A DNA stretch of 64,000 nt from a bacterium (GTDB lineage Bacteria; UBA8248). Positions 11,270 through 22,665 of this stretch are shown here, piece after piece. The notes under the pieces were generated by a model. The model did no database searches and was not told where the DNA came from. It worked only from the letters and a program-made list of their open reading frames with translations. The stretch's first letter is position 1. Every line of letters starts with the position of its first letter. Location of the stretch: contig OY843592.1 of NCBI GenBank assembly GCA_963692865.2, positions 1,664,001-1,728,000 on the forward strand, written 5' to 3'. The translations under genes were made by a program, and so were the position numbers.

Positions 11270-13714
11270 ATGTTCAAGCGATTCACCGAACGCGCCCGTA
11301 AGGTCATCATCTTGGCCAGAGAGGAAGCGGAACACTACCGACACGAATATCTGGGCACCGAACACGTCCTGCTGGGCGTGCTGAAAGACGGGGGTGGAAT
11401 CGCCATCGCCGTTTTGCAGAAGCTGGGGGTGGACCCCAAACAGCTTCGGCTGGAGCTTGAGCGTAATTTGCCCAAGAGTTTGAGCGGCCCCGTGGAAGGG
11501 GATATTCCGTTTACCCCGAAGGCGAAAAAGGTGCTTGAATACGCCGTCGAAGAGGCCCGCCTGATGGGTCACAACTATATCGGAACCGAGCATCTGCTGC
11601 TGGGCATCGTCAGGGAGAAGGACGGATTGGCCGCCAAGATACTGGCCAGCTTCGGCGTCAAGCTCCAGCAAACGCGGGAGCAGACCATCAACCTCCTCAG
11701 GGAGCCGGTGGCGGCGCGCTCTCGCGAGAAGAGCAAGACGCCGGCGCTCGACGAGTTTGGCCGGGACCTCACGGAGTTCGCCGACGAGGGGAAACTCGAC
11801 CCCGTCATCGGGCGGGAGAACGAGATAGAGCGCGTCATACAGATACTGGCGCGGCGCACGAAGAACAACCCCGTCCTCATCGGGGAGCCCGGCGTCGGTA
11901 AGACGGCGATTGTCGAGGGCTTGGCGCAGTCGATCATCTCGAAGGAAGTTCCCCAGATTCTGTACAACAAGCGCGTGGTTCAGCTCGATCTGGGCGCTTT
12001 GGTGGCGGGAACGAAATATCGCGGGCAATTCGAGGCGCGGCTCAAGGCCATCATGAAGGAGATCACCCAAAGCCAGGACGTGATCATCTTTATCGACGAG
12101 TTGCATACCTTGGTGGGTGCGGGTGCGGCGGAAGGCTCCATTGATGCCTCGAACATGCTGAAACCCGCGCTCAGCCGCGGAGAAGTCCAATGCATCGGCG
12201 CCACGACTCTGGATGAATATCGAAAATACATCGAGAAAAACGGCGCCCTGGAGCGCCGTTTCCAAAGCGTCATGGTGGATCCTCCATCCATGGACGACAC
12301 GGTCAGCATACTGAAGGGCCTGAGAGACAAGTATGAAAAACACCACCGCGCGCAGTTGACGGACGAGGCGCTTGTCTCCGCAGTTCGCCTGTCCTCCCAA
12401 TACGTGTCGGATCGCTTCCTGCCGGACAAGGCGATAGACGTCATCGACGAGGCGTGCAGCAAGGTTCGCCTCGAAAAAGAAACCTTTCCGAGCGACATTC
12501 GGGACCTGCAGCGCCAAATCGAAGAGACGGTTCGCACCAAAAAAGACATGATCGAGAAACAGGATTTTGAAAAGGCTGTCGAGTTGCGCGACCGGGAGGA
12601 GCAGGACAGAAGCAGGCTTGACGAGTTGAAGGCGGAGTGGGAAGCGGATCAAACGGACGAAGAGCCGTATGTCACCGACGAGGATGTGGCTTTCGTGGTC
12701 AGCCGGATGACCGGAATCCCGCTGCAGCGCATCGGAGAAGTCGAGAACGAGCGTCTTCTTCGGATGGAAGAGGAGTTGAACAGCCACATCATCGGGCAGG
12801 AAGAAGCCACGCGCGTGTTGACGAAGGCGGTTCGGCGCGCGCGCGCGGGTCTCAAGGGGCCGAAGCGCCCTATCGGCAGCTTCTTGTTCCTGGGGCCCAC
12901 GGGGGTGGGCAAGACCGAGATGGCCAGAATGCTCGCCCAGTTCATGTTCGGCGACCCCAACGCTCTGATTCGCATTGATATGAGTGAATACATGGAGAGG
13001 TTCAACGTCTCCCGCCTCACCGGAGCGCCTCCCGGATACGTCGGTTACGAGGAGGGGGGGCAGCTCACCGAGCGTGTCCGCAGAAAGCCTTACTCCGTCG
13101 TGCTTCTCGATGAAATCGAGAAGGCGCACCCGGACGTCTACCATGTCTTGCTGCAGGTGATGGACGATGGCTTGCTGACGGATAGTTACGGCCGCAACAT
13201 CGACTTCAAAAACACCATCATCATCATGACCTCGAATTTGGCGGCGCGGTCCATCGAGAAAGGCACGTCCCTCGGTTTCCAGAAGGTGGATACGGGGCTC
13301 GGCTTCGACAGGATCAAGGACAGCATTCGCGACGAGTTGAAGCGCACCTTCAATCCTGAGTTTCTGAACCGGATTGACGACGTCATCATCTTCCGGCCGT
13401 TGACCCACGAGGACATCCTCAAGATCGTGGATATCGAAATCGCCAAGGTCAACGAGACGCTGGGTGAAAAGGAAATGACGATTGAACTGAGCGAAGAAGC
13501 CAAGGACTGGCTTGCCAGGCAGGGGTTTGAACCGGCTTATGGAGCAAGGCCTCTGCGCCGCGTCATCCAAAGACACATCGAAGACACCCTCAGCGAAGAA
13601 GTTTTGCATGGTAAATTCCAGGATGGGGGAACGATCCTGGCGAAGCTGGCCGGGGACGAGTTGGTATTCGAACTGAAAGAAGACACGGAAGTGTTTAGTG
13701 TTCAGGACCTATAA
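11270..13714 (+). CDS. clpC: ATP-dependent Clp protease ATPase subunit (ClpC type)
   Basis: [12 protein letters not shown], two Clp_N repeats, two AAA+ modules ([16 protein letters not shown]), UVR segment, LGF ClpP-docking loop. Confidence 0.95.
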   Translation: MFKRFTERARKVIILAREEAEHYRHEYLGTEHVLLGVLKDGGGIAIAVLQKLGVDPKQLRLELERNLPKSLSGPVEGDIPFTPKAKKVLEYAVEEARLMGHNYIGTEHLLLGIVREKDGLAAKILASFGVKLQQTREQTINLLREPVAARSREKSKTPALDEFGRDLTEFADEGKLDPVIGRENEIERVIQILARRTKNNPVLIGEPGVGKTAIVEGLAQSIISKEVPQILYNKRVVQLDLGALVAGTKYRGQFEARLKAIMKEITQSQDVIIFIDELHTLVGAGAAEGSIDASNMLKPALSRGEVQCIGATTLDEYRKYIEKNGALERRFQSVMVDPPSMDDTVSILKGLRDKYEKHHRAQLTDEALVSAVRLSSQYVSDRFLPDKAIDVIDEACSKVRLEKETFPSDIRDLQRQIEETVRTKKDMIEKQDFEKAVELRDREEQDRSRLDELKAEWEADQTDEEPYVTDEDVAFVVSRMTGIPLQRIGEVENERLLRMEEELNSHIIGQEEATRVLTKAVRRARAGLKGPKRPIGSFLFLGPTGVGKTEMARMLAQFMFGDPNALIRIDMSEYMERFNVSRLTGAPPGYVGYEEGGQLTERVRRKPYSVVLLDEIEKAHPDVYHVLLQVMDDGLLTDSYGRNIDFKNTIIIMTSNLAARSIEKGTSLGFQKVDTGLGFDRIKDSIRDELKRTFNPEFLNRIDDVIIFRPLTHEDILKIVDIEIAKVNETLGEKEMTIELSEEAKDWLARQGFEPAYGARPLRRVIQRHIEDTLSEEVLHGKFQDGGTILAKLAGDELVFELKEDTEVFSVQDL

Positions 13715-13769
13715 GTTCACGGGTGAAAAACCAAAACCTGTTTCCCCTTTTTCCTCGGGGGGTGGTTTC

Positions 13770-16085
13770 ATGCGTTGTGCGGCGAAGGTATCGGCCTGCG
13801 CCGTTTTGGCCGCCGTGCTTCTCCTTGCCCTTTCTCATGATGCGACGGGGCAGTCGGCTTCACCAGCCATCACGATACGGGCCATTGAAGTGCAAGGGAA
13901 TCGTCGGGTCGATCGCTCCACGGTTCTTTTTTACGTTCGGCTGAAAGCGGGGAAAAGCTACACGAACCTGGAGTTGGTCAAGCAAATTCGTGCGGATGTT
14001 CGAGCCATATACAAGCTGGGATTTTTCCGGGACGTGAAGGTTCAAGTGGAGTCTCTGGAAGGGGGACTCCGCGTGATTTATCAGCTCAGCGAAAAACCCA
14101 CGATCAATCAGATTGAAATCATCGGAAACAGCAATTTGGATCTCGAGAAGATCCGCGAGCGCGTCACGGTGAAGGTCCAGACCATCGTCAGTGAATCCAT
14201 CCTGAAAGAAACCGTTCGGAACATCCGGAAATTATACCAGGAGAGCGGATATTATTTCGCGCGCATAGAGGCCGTTCTGAAGGAAAGCGGCCAGAATACG
14301 GTGGCCGTCACGCTCTTGATAGATGAAGGCGAAAGCGTACGCATCGGCGCAATCGATTTTGAGGGCAACGCCAATGTCTCCAGAAGAGATTTGCTCAAGG
14401 CGATGGAAACCGGTGAAACCGGCTTTTTTTCCTTTATCACGAGTTCGGGGATATTTAACGAAGATGAACTGCAAAAGGATTTGGTGCGGATTCGTCTGCT
14501 GTATCAGAGCCGCGGGTACGCGAAAGTCCAGGTCGGGCAGCCCGTTATTCGCGAGGAACGGGCAAGGGGCCGGATATATATAACGATACCGATCAGTGAA
14601 GGTTTTCAGTACAAAATCGCAAAAATTGATATTCGCGGCGGAGAGGATGTCATCCCTCAGGAAGAGATCAGGGAGAAGATGCTTCTTTTCGCGGGAGATG
14701 TTTTCAACAAAACCCGCCTGGTCTCCGACGTGCGGGCGATAACGAATCAGTTTTCCGACCGTGGCTATGCGTTTGCGGATGTCAATAGTTTCACGAAAAC
14801 GGACGATGAGAAGAAAACGGTCGACATTACCGTTCGAATCGATAAAGGGCGAAGAGTATACATCGGAAAAGTGGAAGTAAAAGGCAATACCCGCACTCGT
14901 GAGAACGTAATCCGGCGGGATGTCCGCGTTATCGAGGGGTCTCTGTATAGCGCGAAAGGGTTGGCGTTGACGCGTCGGCGCCTCGTTCGCAAGAATTATT
15001 TCGAAACCGTGAAAGTCGTTGAAAAACGGCGTCCCGGCAGCGACGAAATACTCGATGTCGAGATTGAAGTGAAGGAGAAGCCGACCGGCTCCATAACGGG
15101 CGGCATCGGCGTCAACAGCGACGAGGGTTTCTATGGGCAGGGTGAATTAAAGGAGTCGAATTTATTCGGCAAGGGTTTGGTTGGTTCATTGTTCACGAGA
15201 GTTTCTTCCGAGCGCCTCGATTTGGTTGCGGAATACCTTGACCCCAATTTTCGGGATTCCGGATTCTCGCTCGGGGGAAGCCTGTTTTTCGTCGATCAGG
15301 AATATGAGACCTTTGACAACAAGAAAAAGGGTGGCCGCATAACGGTCGGCAGGGAATTTCAGGAATTCTTGAACGCTTTCGTCTCTTTTGAGATCGCGGA
15401 ATCCCTTATCAGCAATGTCGCCGACGGGGCGACGTCCACGATTCTCGATCAGGAGGGAGAAACTTTTCTGGAAAGCAGCATTATTCCGAAGTTGGTTTAC
15501 GATAACCTGAACAGGCCCATTTTCCCGACGGACGGCACGTTCTGGAGCATTGCCTCCACCATTTCTACTTCAATGTTGGGCGGAAATGTCGACGTATTCT
15601 CCGCCGAGGCGGAATTCAGGCGGTACTATAATATCGGGGAAAGTTTCCGGAACCGCGTTTTGCGGAATTTGATTTTGGGTTTGCGGGGGAACGTCCGCTA
15701 CGTTGACGCTTTCAAGGACGATGTGCCCGCGTTCCGCCGTTTCTACGCCAGTTCAAAGCGCGCCGTTCGAGGCTTCGGTTCCAGCGATCTGGGGCCTCAA
15801 AATGCAAAGGGCGAAGCGATAGGCGGGTTTTCCTCCGCTCTCGCCTCCGTCGAATTGACGCATCCTTTCATCGGGCCGACTCAAGTCGCGGTTTTCTTCG
15901 ACATGGGAAACATTTGGGATGAGGATAATGCGTTTGACATGGGCGAATTGCGCTACGGCGCCGGGGTCGGTTTACGCATCGTGACGCCAATCGGTCCCAT
16001 GCGGTTCGATGTTGGATACAAACTGGACAGAAAATCGAACGAACGCAGAAGAGAAACGCATGTGGGAATCGGCGCTGCGTTTTAG
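13770..16085 (+). CDS. bamA: Outer membrane protein assembly factor BamA
   Basis: Signal peptide, POTRA repeats (GNTRTRENVIRR), VRGF, TPIGPMRFD, terminal F. Confidence 0.95.
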   Translation: MRCAAKVSACAVLAAVLLLALSHDATGQSASPAITIRAIEVQGNRRVDRSTVLFYVRLKAGKSYTNLELVKQIRADVRAIYKLGFFRDVKVQVESLEGGLRVIYQLSEKPTINQIEIIGNSNLDLEKIRERVTVKVQTIVSESILKETVRNIRKLYQESGYYFARIEAVLKESGQNTVAVTLLIDEGESVRIGAIDFEGNANVSRRDLLKAMETGETGFFSFITSSGIFNEDELQKDLVRIRLLYQSRGYAKVQVGQPVIREERARGRIYITIPISEGFQYKIAKIDIRGGEDVIPQEEIREKMLLFAGDVFNKTRLVSDVRAITNQFSDRGYAFADVNSFTKTDDEKKTVDITVRIDKGRRVYIGKVEVKGNTRTRENVIRRDVRVIEGSLYSAKGLALTRRRLVRKNYFETVKVVEKRRPGSDEILDVEIEVKEKPTGSITGGIGVNSDEGFYGQGELKESNLFGKGLVGSLFTRVSSERLDLVAEYLDPNFRDSGFSLGGSLFFVDQEYETFDNKKKGGRITVGREFQEFLNAFVSFEIAESLISNVADGATSTILDQEGETFLESSIIPKLVYDNLNRPIFPTDGTFWSIASTISTSMLGGNVDVFSAEAEFRRYYNIGESFRNRVLRNLILGLRGNVRYVDAFKDDVPAFRRFYASSKRAVRGFGSSDLGPQNAKGEAIGGFSSALASVELTHPFIGPTQVAVFFDMGNIWDEDNAFDMGELRYGAGVGLRIVTPIGPMRFDVGYKLDRKSNERRRETHVGIGAAF

Positions 16086-16118
16086 CGCGGGTATGCCGTA
16101 TTGTCTTTGGCGTGGAGG

Positions 16119-16697
16119 ATGTTTGACGTGAGGCGTTTCGGGTTATCGGTTTTGCTCCCATCGATATTTTTCGCATTTGCTTATGCGGGCGACGTGGAGT
16201 CGGCGAGTGCGAAATATGGCGTCGTCAACATTCAGCGCGTGTTGCGGATTTCAAAAGGCGGAAGGGCTGCGAGTTCGTCTTTGAACAGGGAGAAAAAAAG
16301 GCTTGAAGGCGCGATTCGAAACAGGCGTGAAGGTTTGGCCAAAATGGCGAATAAAGTGCGGGACCTGCAATTGGAGATCGATCAGAAAAGCGCGGTTTGG
16401 CGGCCGGAAGAAAAAGAACGCAAGTCGTTCGAGTTGAGAGCCCATAGAAGGGACCTGGCGCGCGAACAGGACAATCTGAGGCGGTTGTTGCGGGAGAGTC
16501 AAAGAGACCTTGAGGAGCGCCGAAGGATAGCCGTGGCGCAGGTCTTGAAGGAAATTCGCGGCATCGTTCATGAACTCGGAAAGCAAGAAGGTTTGGATGT
16601 CGTTGTAGACAGCGCCTCCGGCGGTGTTTTGTTCGCCAACCCGAGAGTGGATCTGACGGAGAAGGTGATCAAGCAATACGATCAGAAGAAGAAATAA
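16119..16697 (+). CDS. skp: OmpH/Skp periplasmic chaperone (start may be GTG 16128)
   Basis: GVVNIQRVL, long coiled coil, DLTEKVI; lies between bamA and lpxD. Confidence 0.85.
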   Translation: MFDVRRFGLSVLLPSIFFAFAYAGDVESASAKYGVVNIQRVLRISKGGRAASSSLNREKKRLEGAIRNRREGLAKMANKVRDLQLEIDQKSAVWRPEEKERKSFELRAHRRDLAREQDNLRRLLRESQRDLEERRRIAVAQVLKEIRGIVHELGKQEGLDVVVDSASGGVLFANPRVDLTEKVIKQYDQKKK

Positions 16698-16698
16698 A

Positions 16699-17706
16699 AT
16701 GCTTCTCGCGGACATCGCAAACCTGCTCGGGGGGGACTTGATCGGCGACGGGAACGTGGACCTGGAGGACGTGGCCGAGTACGAAAAAGCTTCGCCCAAG
16801 GATTTGAGCTATGTGGAGTCGGTGAAAAGGCTTGCCGCGCACTCCGACGCAGGCGCGCTTATCATCCCCCAGGGCGTGGAAATTGAGCGTCCATGTATCT
16901 CGACGAAAAATCCTCGCTTGTATTTCGCCCGCGCCGTCCGCTTGTTCCGCCCGCCTCAAAAATTCCAACCGGGGGTTGACGCCAACGCCAGTATCTCCGA
17001 CGCGGCCCGCCTGGGCGACGATGTGTACATAGGGCCGTTCGCGTCTCTTGCCGATGGCGTCGTGGTGGGCGATGGTTCCTGTATCGGGGCGGGCGTGCAT
17101 GTCGGCCAAAACGTGAGGATAGGCTCTGAATGTCATATCTACCCGAATTGCGTTTTGGGTGACGGTGTGATGATAGGGTCGAGAGTGATTCTTCATGCGG
17201 GGGTTGTCGTCGGGGCGGATGGGTTTGGGTATGTTCCCGACGAGGAGGGCCGTATTTTCAAATACCCGCAAACGGGCACGGTCGTCATCGAGGACGATGT
17301 GGAAATCGGGGCGAACACCACGATCGATCGCGCCACGCTGAGGGAAACGAGGATCGGCCGAGGCACGAAAATCGACAATCTGGTGCAGATTGCGCACAAC
17401 GTCGTGATTGGAGAGAACTGCATATTGGCCAGTCAGGTGGGCATCTCGGGCAGCGTCAGAATCGGCCGGGGCGTCATGATGGGCGGCAATGTCGGCGTGG
17501 CGGATCATGTCGAAATCGGTGACGGCGCGAAACTCGCAGCGAGGGCCGGCGTGCCGAAGAGTCTGGAGGGGGGCAAAACGTACATGCACAATCCCGCGGC
17601 GGAAATTCGGGATGCGCGCAGGCGAATCGCGGTTTTGAGGAATTTGCCGAGGCTCGCGGCAAGAGTGAACGAACTCGAAAGAAAGATGGGCGAACCGGAA
17701 TCATGA
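16699..17706 (+). CDS. lpxD: UDP-3-O-acyl-glucosamine N-acyltransferase
   Basis: Hexapeptide repeats, [27 protein letters not shown]. Confidence 0.96.
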   Translation: MLLADIANLLGGDLIGDGNVDLEDVAEYEKASPKDLSYVESVKRLAAHSDAGALIIPQGVEIERPCISTKNPRLYFARAVRLFRPPQKFQPGVDANASISDAARLGDDVYIGPFASLADGVVVGDGSCIGAGVHVGQNVRIGSECHIYPNCVLGDGVMIGSRVILHAGVVVGADGFGYVPDEEGRIFKYPQTGTVVIEDDVEIGANTTIDRATLRETRIGRGTKIDNLVQIAHNVVIGENCILASQVGISGSVRIGRGVMMGGNVGVADHVEIGDGAKLAARAGVPKSLEGGKTYMHNPAAEIRDARRRIAVLRNLPRLAARVNELERKMGEPES

Positions 17707-18143
17707 TGGATAGCCGGCGAATACGGAAAATAATCCCACACCGGGATCCGTTTCTTTTCGTCGATCGGGTAATGGATATAGACCCTGAAGAAGTTTCTAT
17801 CGTAGCCCAGAAGAGCATTACCAGGGATGAGCCTTGTTTGGCGGGTCATTTCCCCGGCAACCCCATCATGCCGGGCGTGTTGGTCGTGGAAGCTTTGGCG
17901 CAAACCGGTTTGATTTGCCTGTTCGAGTTGAAATTGGCCGACCCCGGGGCTGAATTTTTCTTCACGGGCATCGAGCAGGTGAAATTCCGGCGTCCCGTCG
18001 TTCCCGGCGATTTGCTGGAGTTGCGCGCGAAACTCCTGAAGAACAAAAGGACTATATGGAAGTTCGAAGGGCGGGCGTTTGCAGGGGGGCAGATAGCCGC
18101 CGAAGGTCTTTTCACCGCCTATGCCGTCCCCCGATCCCGATAG
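17703..18143 (+). CDS. fabZ: 3-hydroxyacyl-ACP dehydratase
   Basis: [40 protein letters not shown]. Confidence 0.96.
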   Translation: MMDSRRIRKIIPHRDPFLFVDRVMDIDPEEVSIVAQKSITRDEPCLAGHFPGNPIMPGVLVVEALAQTGLICLFELKLADPGAEFFFTGIEQVKFRRPVVPGDLLELRAKLLKNKRTIWKFEGRAFAGGQIAAEGLFTAYAVPRSR

Positions 18144-18146
18144 ACG

Positions 18147-18929
18147 TTGAACGATATAGCCACCACATCGCATATCGACCCGGGAGCGCGTCTCGGGCGG
18201 GATTTGAAAATCGGCCCGGGGGCTTTCGTGGGCCCGGACGTAGTTCTCCGGGATGGATGCGAAATCGGGGCGAACGCGGTTATTCAGGGCCCCGCCGTTG
18301 TCGGTGATGGGTGTCGAATTTTTCCGAACGCCGTCATCGGCCTCGAAGCACAAGTTGTCGATTTGCCGTCGGATTCGGGCGGAGTGGAAATCGGCGCGGG
18401 TACCGTCATCCGTGAAACGGCGACGATCCACCGATCCATGTATCAGGGGCAGAACACGATAATCGGCAGAAAATGCTACATCATGGTCGGCGCGCACGTG
18501 GGCCACGATTGTCTCGTGGGCGATGAGGTCGTCATGGTGAACCATTGTTCTTTGGGGGGGCACGTGGAAGTCGGGGATAGGTGCTTCATCTCCAACTTCA
18601 TCGGCGCGCATCAGCGTATGCGAATCGGAGAAGGGGCGATTCTGGTGGGTCCCACCGCGGTGAGGAAAGACGTGCCTCCGTTCGTCAAAATGGCGGGCGC
18701 TCCGTTCCGCGTGGTCGGGCTGAACGTGGTCGGTTTGCGCAGAAGAGGCGTTTCGGCCGACGTGAGGGCGAACATCAAGAGAGCGTATGGAATCCTCTAC
18801 AACGAGCCGGGCACGATGGCGCAAAAACTAGAGAGAGTAGAAGCGCAAGCGACGTTAGGAGCGGAAATCCGATCCGTGGTAGAATTCGTGCGCAATTCGA
18901 AGAACGGCATCTATCAAGGCCGCGTGTAA
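18147..18929 (+). CDS. lpxA: Acyl-ACP--UDP-GlcNAc(3N) acyltransferase
   Basis: Hexapeptide repeats, IRETATIHR, HVGHDC catalytic His, DVPPF, GLNVVGLRRRG. Confidence 0.93.
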   Translation: MNDIATTSHIDPGARLGRDLKIGPGAFVGPDVVLRDGCEIGANAVIQGPAVVGDGCRIFPNAVIGLEAQVVDLPSDSGGVEIGAGTVIRETATIHRSMYQGQNTIIGRKCYIMVGAHVGHDCLVGDEVVMVNHCSLGGHVEVGDRCFISNFIGAHQRMRIGEGAILVGPTAVRKDVPPFVKMAGAPFRVVGLNVVGLRRRGVSADVRANIKRAYGILYNEPGTMAQKLERVEAQATLGAEIRSVVEFVRNSKNGIYQGRV

Positions 18930-18958
18930 GTGTAGGTTTTTTAGGAGGTTGGGAGTCC

Positions 18959-19930
18959 ATGCTGGACCCTTTGCGAGTCGGCGTCGTCGGCGTCGGACAT
19001 ATGGGCAGCTACCATGTGGCCGCGCTTTCCGAACTATTGGACGCGAATTTGGCGGCTGTTTGCGACCTGGACGCCGAACGCGCCCGGGAATTGGCCGATA
19101 GATACGGGGCCGAGGCGTTTTCCGACCCGGCCGACCTGATCGGCCGCGTGGATGCCGTCACCATCGCCGTTCCCACCCTGCAGCATTTCGCCGTGTCCCG
19201 GATATTCCTCGAGAACGGCGTTCATATCCTGGTGGAGAAGCCCATTTGCACGACGATGGAAGACGCCCGGAAACTATTCGACCTGGCCACCCAAAACAGT
19301 CTGGTTCTTCACATCGGCCACGTGGAGCGGTTTAACGGCGCCGTCCAGGAATTGGGCAACATCGTGGATGCCCCCACCCTGATTGAATGCCGCAGGTTGG
19401 GGCCCTTCACGCCGAGAGTCAGGGAAGACGGCGTGGTGCTCGACCTGATGATTCACGATCTCGACATCGTCTTGCGGCTGGTGGACGAGAAGATCGATTT
19501 GCTCTCGGCAACCGGCGCGAACGTCTTGTCCGAACGGGACGACGTGGCGAACGTGCAGATTTGTTTTGCCGGCGGATGCGTGGCGAGCCTGACGGCGAGC
19601 CGGGTGACGCAGAACAAGATCAGGACGCTTTCCGTGTCGCAACCCGACGCGTTCATTACGCTCGACTATGCGGATCAGGAACTCAGAATTCACCGCCGGG
19701 CGATGAGTGAGCATCAGTTGACCCGCGAGGAACTCAAATACCGCGAGCAGTTTCAAGTCGAAAGGGTATTTGTCCACAAAGGCAATCCGCTCAAGCTGGA
19801 GTTGCGGCATTTCCTGCAGGCGGTGCAGGCGCGGGAGGTCGTTGCCGATCCGGAAAAGGAATTGCGCTCCCTGGATATCGCCATTCGCGTCGTAGAGATG
19901 TTGAAAAGCGCCATGCCCTCGATTTACTGA
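18959..19930 (+). CDS. Gfo/Idh/MocA oxidoreductase, GnnA-like
   Basis: VGVVGVGHMG Rossmann fold, EKP, GHVERFN, VVLDLMIHDLD; lies between lpxA and lpxI/lpxB. Confidence 0.85.
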   Translation: MLDPLRVGVVGVGHMGSYHVAALSELLDANLAAVCDLDAERARELADRYGAEAFSDPADLIGRVDAVTIAVPTLQHFAVSRIFLENGVHILVEKPICTTMEDARKLFDLATQNSLVLHIGHVERFNGAVQELGNIVDAPTLIECRRLGPFTPRVREDGVVLDLMIHDLDIVLRLVDEKIDLLSATGANVLSERDDVANVQICFAGGCVASLTASRVTQNKIRTLSVSQPDAFITLDYADQELRIHRRAMSEHQLTREELKYREQFQVERVFVHKGNPLKLELRHFLQAVQAREVVADPEKELRSLDIAIRVVEMLKSAMPSIY

Positions 19931-19938
19931 AACTTCCC

Positions 19939-20769
19939 ATGCCGGACTCCCAGGAAAGAATAGGTCTTGTCGCAGGTTCGGGCGGGTTGTCTGCCGAGTT
20001 CGTTTCCTGCGCGAAGAGACGAGGCAAGCGCGTGTCGGTGGTGGCTTTGTCCTCTGAAATCAAGGATTCGCTGTCGAGAGAGGCGGATTCCGTAGCCCAC
20101 ATCCCTCCCACCCAGCCGAACAGGATCATCCGGTATTTCAGCGACGAGCATGTCGGGGAAATCGGTCTCGTGGGAAAGGTGGAGAAAAGCCTCTTGTTCC
20201 AGTCCTTGCGCTTCGACCTGACGGCCCTGCGTTTCATGAAGAACGCCGAGAATATGGCCGATGCGACGATCATGGACGCCGTCATCGAGTTCGTGGAGGA
20301 AAACGGGATGAGGGTGGTGCCCCAGACGGAGTATCTCGAACATCTCGTTACCCCCCTCGGCGTGATGACGAAGAAGAGGTTGCGCCGGAATCAGCGCAAA
20401 GACGCGGCGTATGCGTTTCAGATAGCCCGAAGGGTTGCGGCGTTGGAGATAGGTCAGACCGTGGTGGTTCATAAGGGGACGGTGGTCGCCGTGGAGGGCG
20501 TGGAGGGTACGGACGAGGCGATTCGGAGAGGATGCGCCCTCGCGGGAAAAGGGTCCCTCGTGTGCAAGGTGGCCCGCCCCGGGCAGGATATGCGCTACGA
20601 CGTTCCCGCCGTGGGACCGGAGACCTTCCATGTAATGCGCGAAGGCGGCGCCTCGGCGTTGATCCTGGAGGCGGAGCGGACTTTTCTTCTCGATCGTGAG
20701 CGCCTGATACGGGAAGCCGATGCAACGGGCGCCGTCGTGGTCGGCTGGTCGGAAAATGAGCAGGCATGA
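19939..20769 (+). CDS. lpxI: UDP-2,3-diacylglucosamine diphosphatase LpxI
   Basis: GLVAGSG, IGQTVVV, AVEGVEGTD, QDMRYDVPAVG. Confidence 0.93.
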   Translation: MPDSQERIGLVAGSGGLSAEFVSCAKRRGKRVSVVALSSEIKDSLSREADSVAHIPPTQPNRIIRYFSDEHVGEIGLVGKVEKSLLFQSLRFDLTALRFMKNAENMADATIMDAVIEFVEENGMRVVPQTEYLEHLVTPLGVMTKKRLRRNQRKDAAYAFQIARRVAALEIGQTVVVHKGTVVAVEGVEGTDEAIRRGCALAGKGSLVCKVARPGQDMRYDVPAVGPETFHVMREGGASALILEAERTFLLDRERLIREADATGAVVVGWSENEQA

Positions 20770-21934
20770 GAGCCGCGCAAACGGCGTCATGGTGGTGGCC
20801 GGAGAGCCGTCCGGAGACGTTCACGCCGCGAATCTGGTGAAAGCGCTTCGCGCGGCAGTTCCCGACCTACGCCTGTTCGGGATGGGCGGGCGCATGATGG
20901 CCGAGGCGGGCGTCGACTTGATCCATGACATCGACGGCATCTCCATCGTCGGCTTCGCCGGGATTCCCCGCATCTACCCCAGGCTGAGAAAGATCAAGAA
21001 GGATTTGCTGGGGAACATCGCGGAGCAAAAGCCCAAAGCGGTGATTTTCGTCGATTATCCGGGGTTCAATCTTTCGTGCGCGCGCGCGGTGCGCAAGCTG
21101 CCGCAGCCGCCGAAATCCATATATTTCATCACGCCCCAGGTATGGGCCTGGTGGCGGGGCCGCGCCCGCGCCATCGCGGACGATTTCGATCTGGCCTTGA
21201 ACATATTTCCGTTCGAGCCTCCGATTTTCAACGACCTGGGCGGGAGATCGGTGTTCATCGGCAACCCCGTCGCCCATGAACTTCGCGAAGCGCCTTCCAA
21301 AGAAGCGGCCCGTCGCTCGCTGGGCATACCGATGGGCGACAAGGTGGTCGCGCTTCTCCCGGGCAGCCGGCCCAAGGAAATCGACTCTCACGTAGACGCC
21401 ATGCTGGGTGCGGCCAGGATAATTCAGGCGGAAGCGCCGGGGCTGCGGGTTCTGGTTTCGGAGGCGGTTTCATTGCCCGAGGGATGCGTGGCGAACCGGT
21501 TGAAGCCGTCGGGAGTCGGAATGCGTCCCGTCCGGGGCGACACGGAAAAGGTGGTCCGCGCGGCCGACGCCGTAGTCGTGGCGAGCGGCACGGCGTCTCT
21601 GGAGGCGGCCCTTTTGGGTGTGCCGATGGTCGTTCTCTATGCCGGAGACGTGCTTTCATATACGCTGGTCAAGTATTTTTTGCTTCAGGTGGATTACGTC
21701 AGCCTGGTGAATTTGTTGTCCGGCTGCGAGGCGGTTCCCGAGTTGTGCCAGAAACGCGCGCGCGCGCGGCCCGTTGCGGACGCCTTGAGGGAAGTGCTCT
21801 TGGATGATGACGTGAGGGCGAGGCAAATCGGGGCTTTCGAGAGGATTAGAAACGCCCTGGACGGGGCGGACCCCTACGCCTGCGCCGCGGCGCATATAGC
21901 GTCGGAACTCGGCTCCGGGGCGCGGCATGGATGA
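20756..21934 (+). CDS. lpxB: Lipid A disaccharide synthase
   Basis: AGEPSGD, VDYPGFN, PQVWAW, FPFE, LLPGSR, SGTASLE. Confidence 0.96.
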   Translation: MSRHESRANGVMVVAGEPSGDVHAANLVKALRAAVPDLRLFGMGGRMMAEAGVDLIHDIDGISIVGFAGIPRIYPRLRKIKKDLLGNIAEQKPKAVIFVDYPGFNLSCARAVRKLPQPPKSIYFITPQVWAWWRGRARAIADDFDLALNIFPFEPPIFNDLGGRSVFIGNPVAHELREAPSKEAARRSLGIPMGDKVVALLPGSRPKEIDSHVDAMLGAARIIQAEAPGLRVLVSEAVSLPEGCVANRLKPSGVGMRPVRGDTEKVVRAADAVVVASGTASLEAALLGVPMVVLYAGDVLSYTLVKYFLLQVDYVSLVNLLSGCEAVPELCQKRARARPVADALREVLLDDDVRARQIGAFERIRNALDGADPYACAAAHIASELGSGARHG

Positions 21935-22658
21935 GGGTTCCGTCGTTTACGATGAATGGGGGCGGAATCCCGCCGCGCCGCTTTCGGCGCGGCTGGGCGG
22001 CGTGGTCGTCGCGGGTTATTTGAAAGCGGTGTGCGCCACGTCGTCCCTGGTTTTGCCGAAAACGGAATCGAATGAAAAAATGATCTGCAGGCGAGGTGAA
22101 AAATTCATCTGGGCGTTCTGGCATCATCATCTGGGTATGGCATCCTTCTTTTCTCCGGAAGATCATCACCGCACGTGTATGGCGAGCAGGAGCCGGGACG
22201 GGGAACTGCTCGCCCAGGTGATGTCGCGGCTCGGCGTCCATTGCGTGAGAGGCTCTTCCTCTTCGGTGGACGGGGCGGACAAAGGCGGAGCCGCTGCGTT
22301 TCGGCAGATGGTCGGAGTGGCGAAAAAAGGGGAGCGCCAGCTCGTCATCACGCCCGACGGCCCGAAGGGCCCGCCGGAGAAAGTGAAAATGGGGGTCATA
22401 TCCCTGGCGAGCGTCACGGGGTATCCGATTTGCCCGGTCGCTTTCACGGCGACGCGCTTCCTCACCCTTCCCACGTGGGACAGGACGATTCTCCCCCTGC
22501 CTTTCGGGAGGCTCTCCGCTTGCTGCGGAGAGCCACTGGATGTCCCCCGCACCCGTGACAAGGGCGTGTTGGAAGAGATGCGCGCAGAGATCGAAAGGCG
22601 GCTCGTTCACGCCAATGAGGAGGCGCAATCCCACCTGAAGAACACGGCGGGGAAGTGA
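21927..22658 (+). CDS. DUF374 / LpxJ-like lipid A acyltransferase
   Basis: FWH, SRSRDGE, VRGSS, ITPDGPKGP, WD..LPLPFG. Confidence 0.88.
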   Translation: MDEGSVVYDEWGRNPAAPLSARLGGVVVAGYLKAVCATSSLVLPKTESNEKMICRRGEKFIWAFWHHHLGMASFFSPEDHHRTCMASRSRDGELLAQVMSRLGVHCVRGSSSSVDGADKGGAAAFRQMVGVAKKGERQLVITPDGPKGPPEKVKMGVISLASVTGYPICPVAFTATRFLTLPTWDRTILPLPFGRLSACCGEPLDVPRTRDKGVLEEMRAEIERRLVHANEEAQSHLKNTAGK

Positions 22659-22665
22659 GCCCCTC

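Noticed and set aside
11270-13714. clpC embedded between lolD and bamA as a novelty
   Set aside because: I recall this gene order from other diderm lineages, and nothing in the sequence marks it as a recent insertion.
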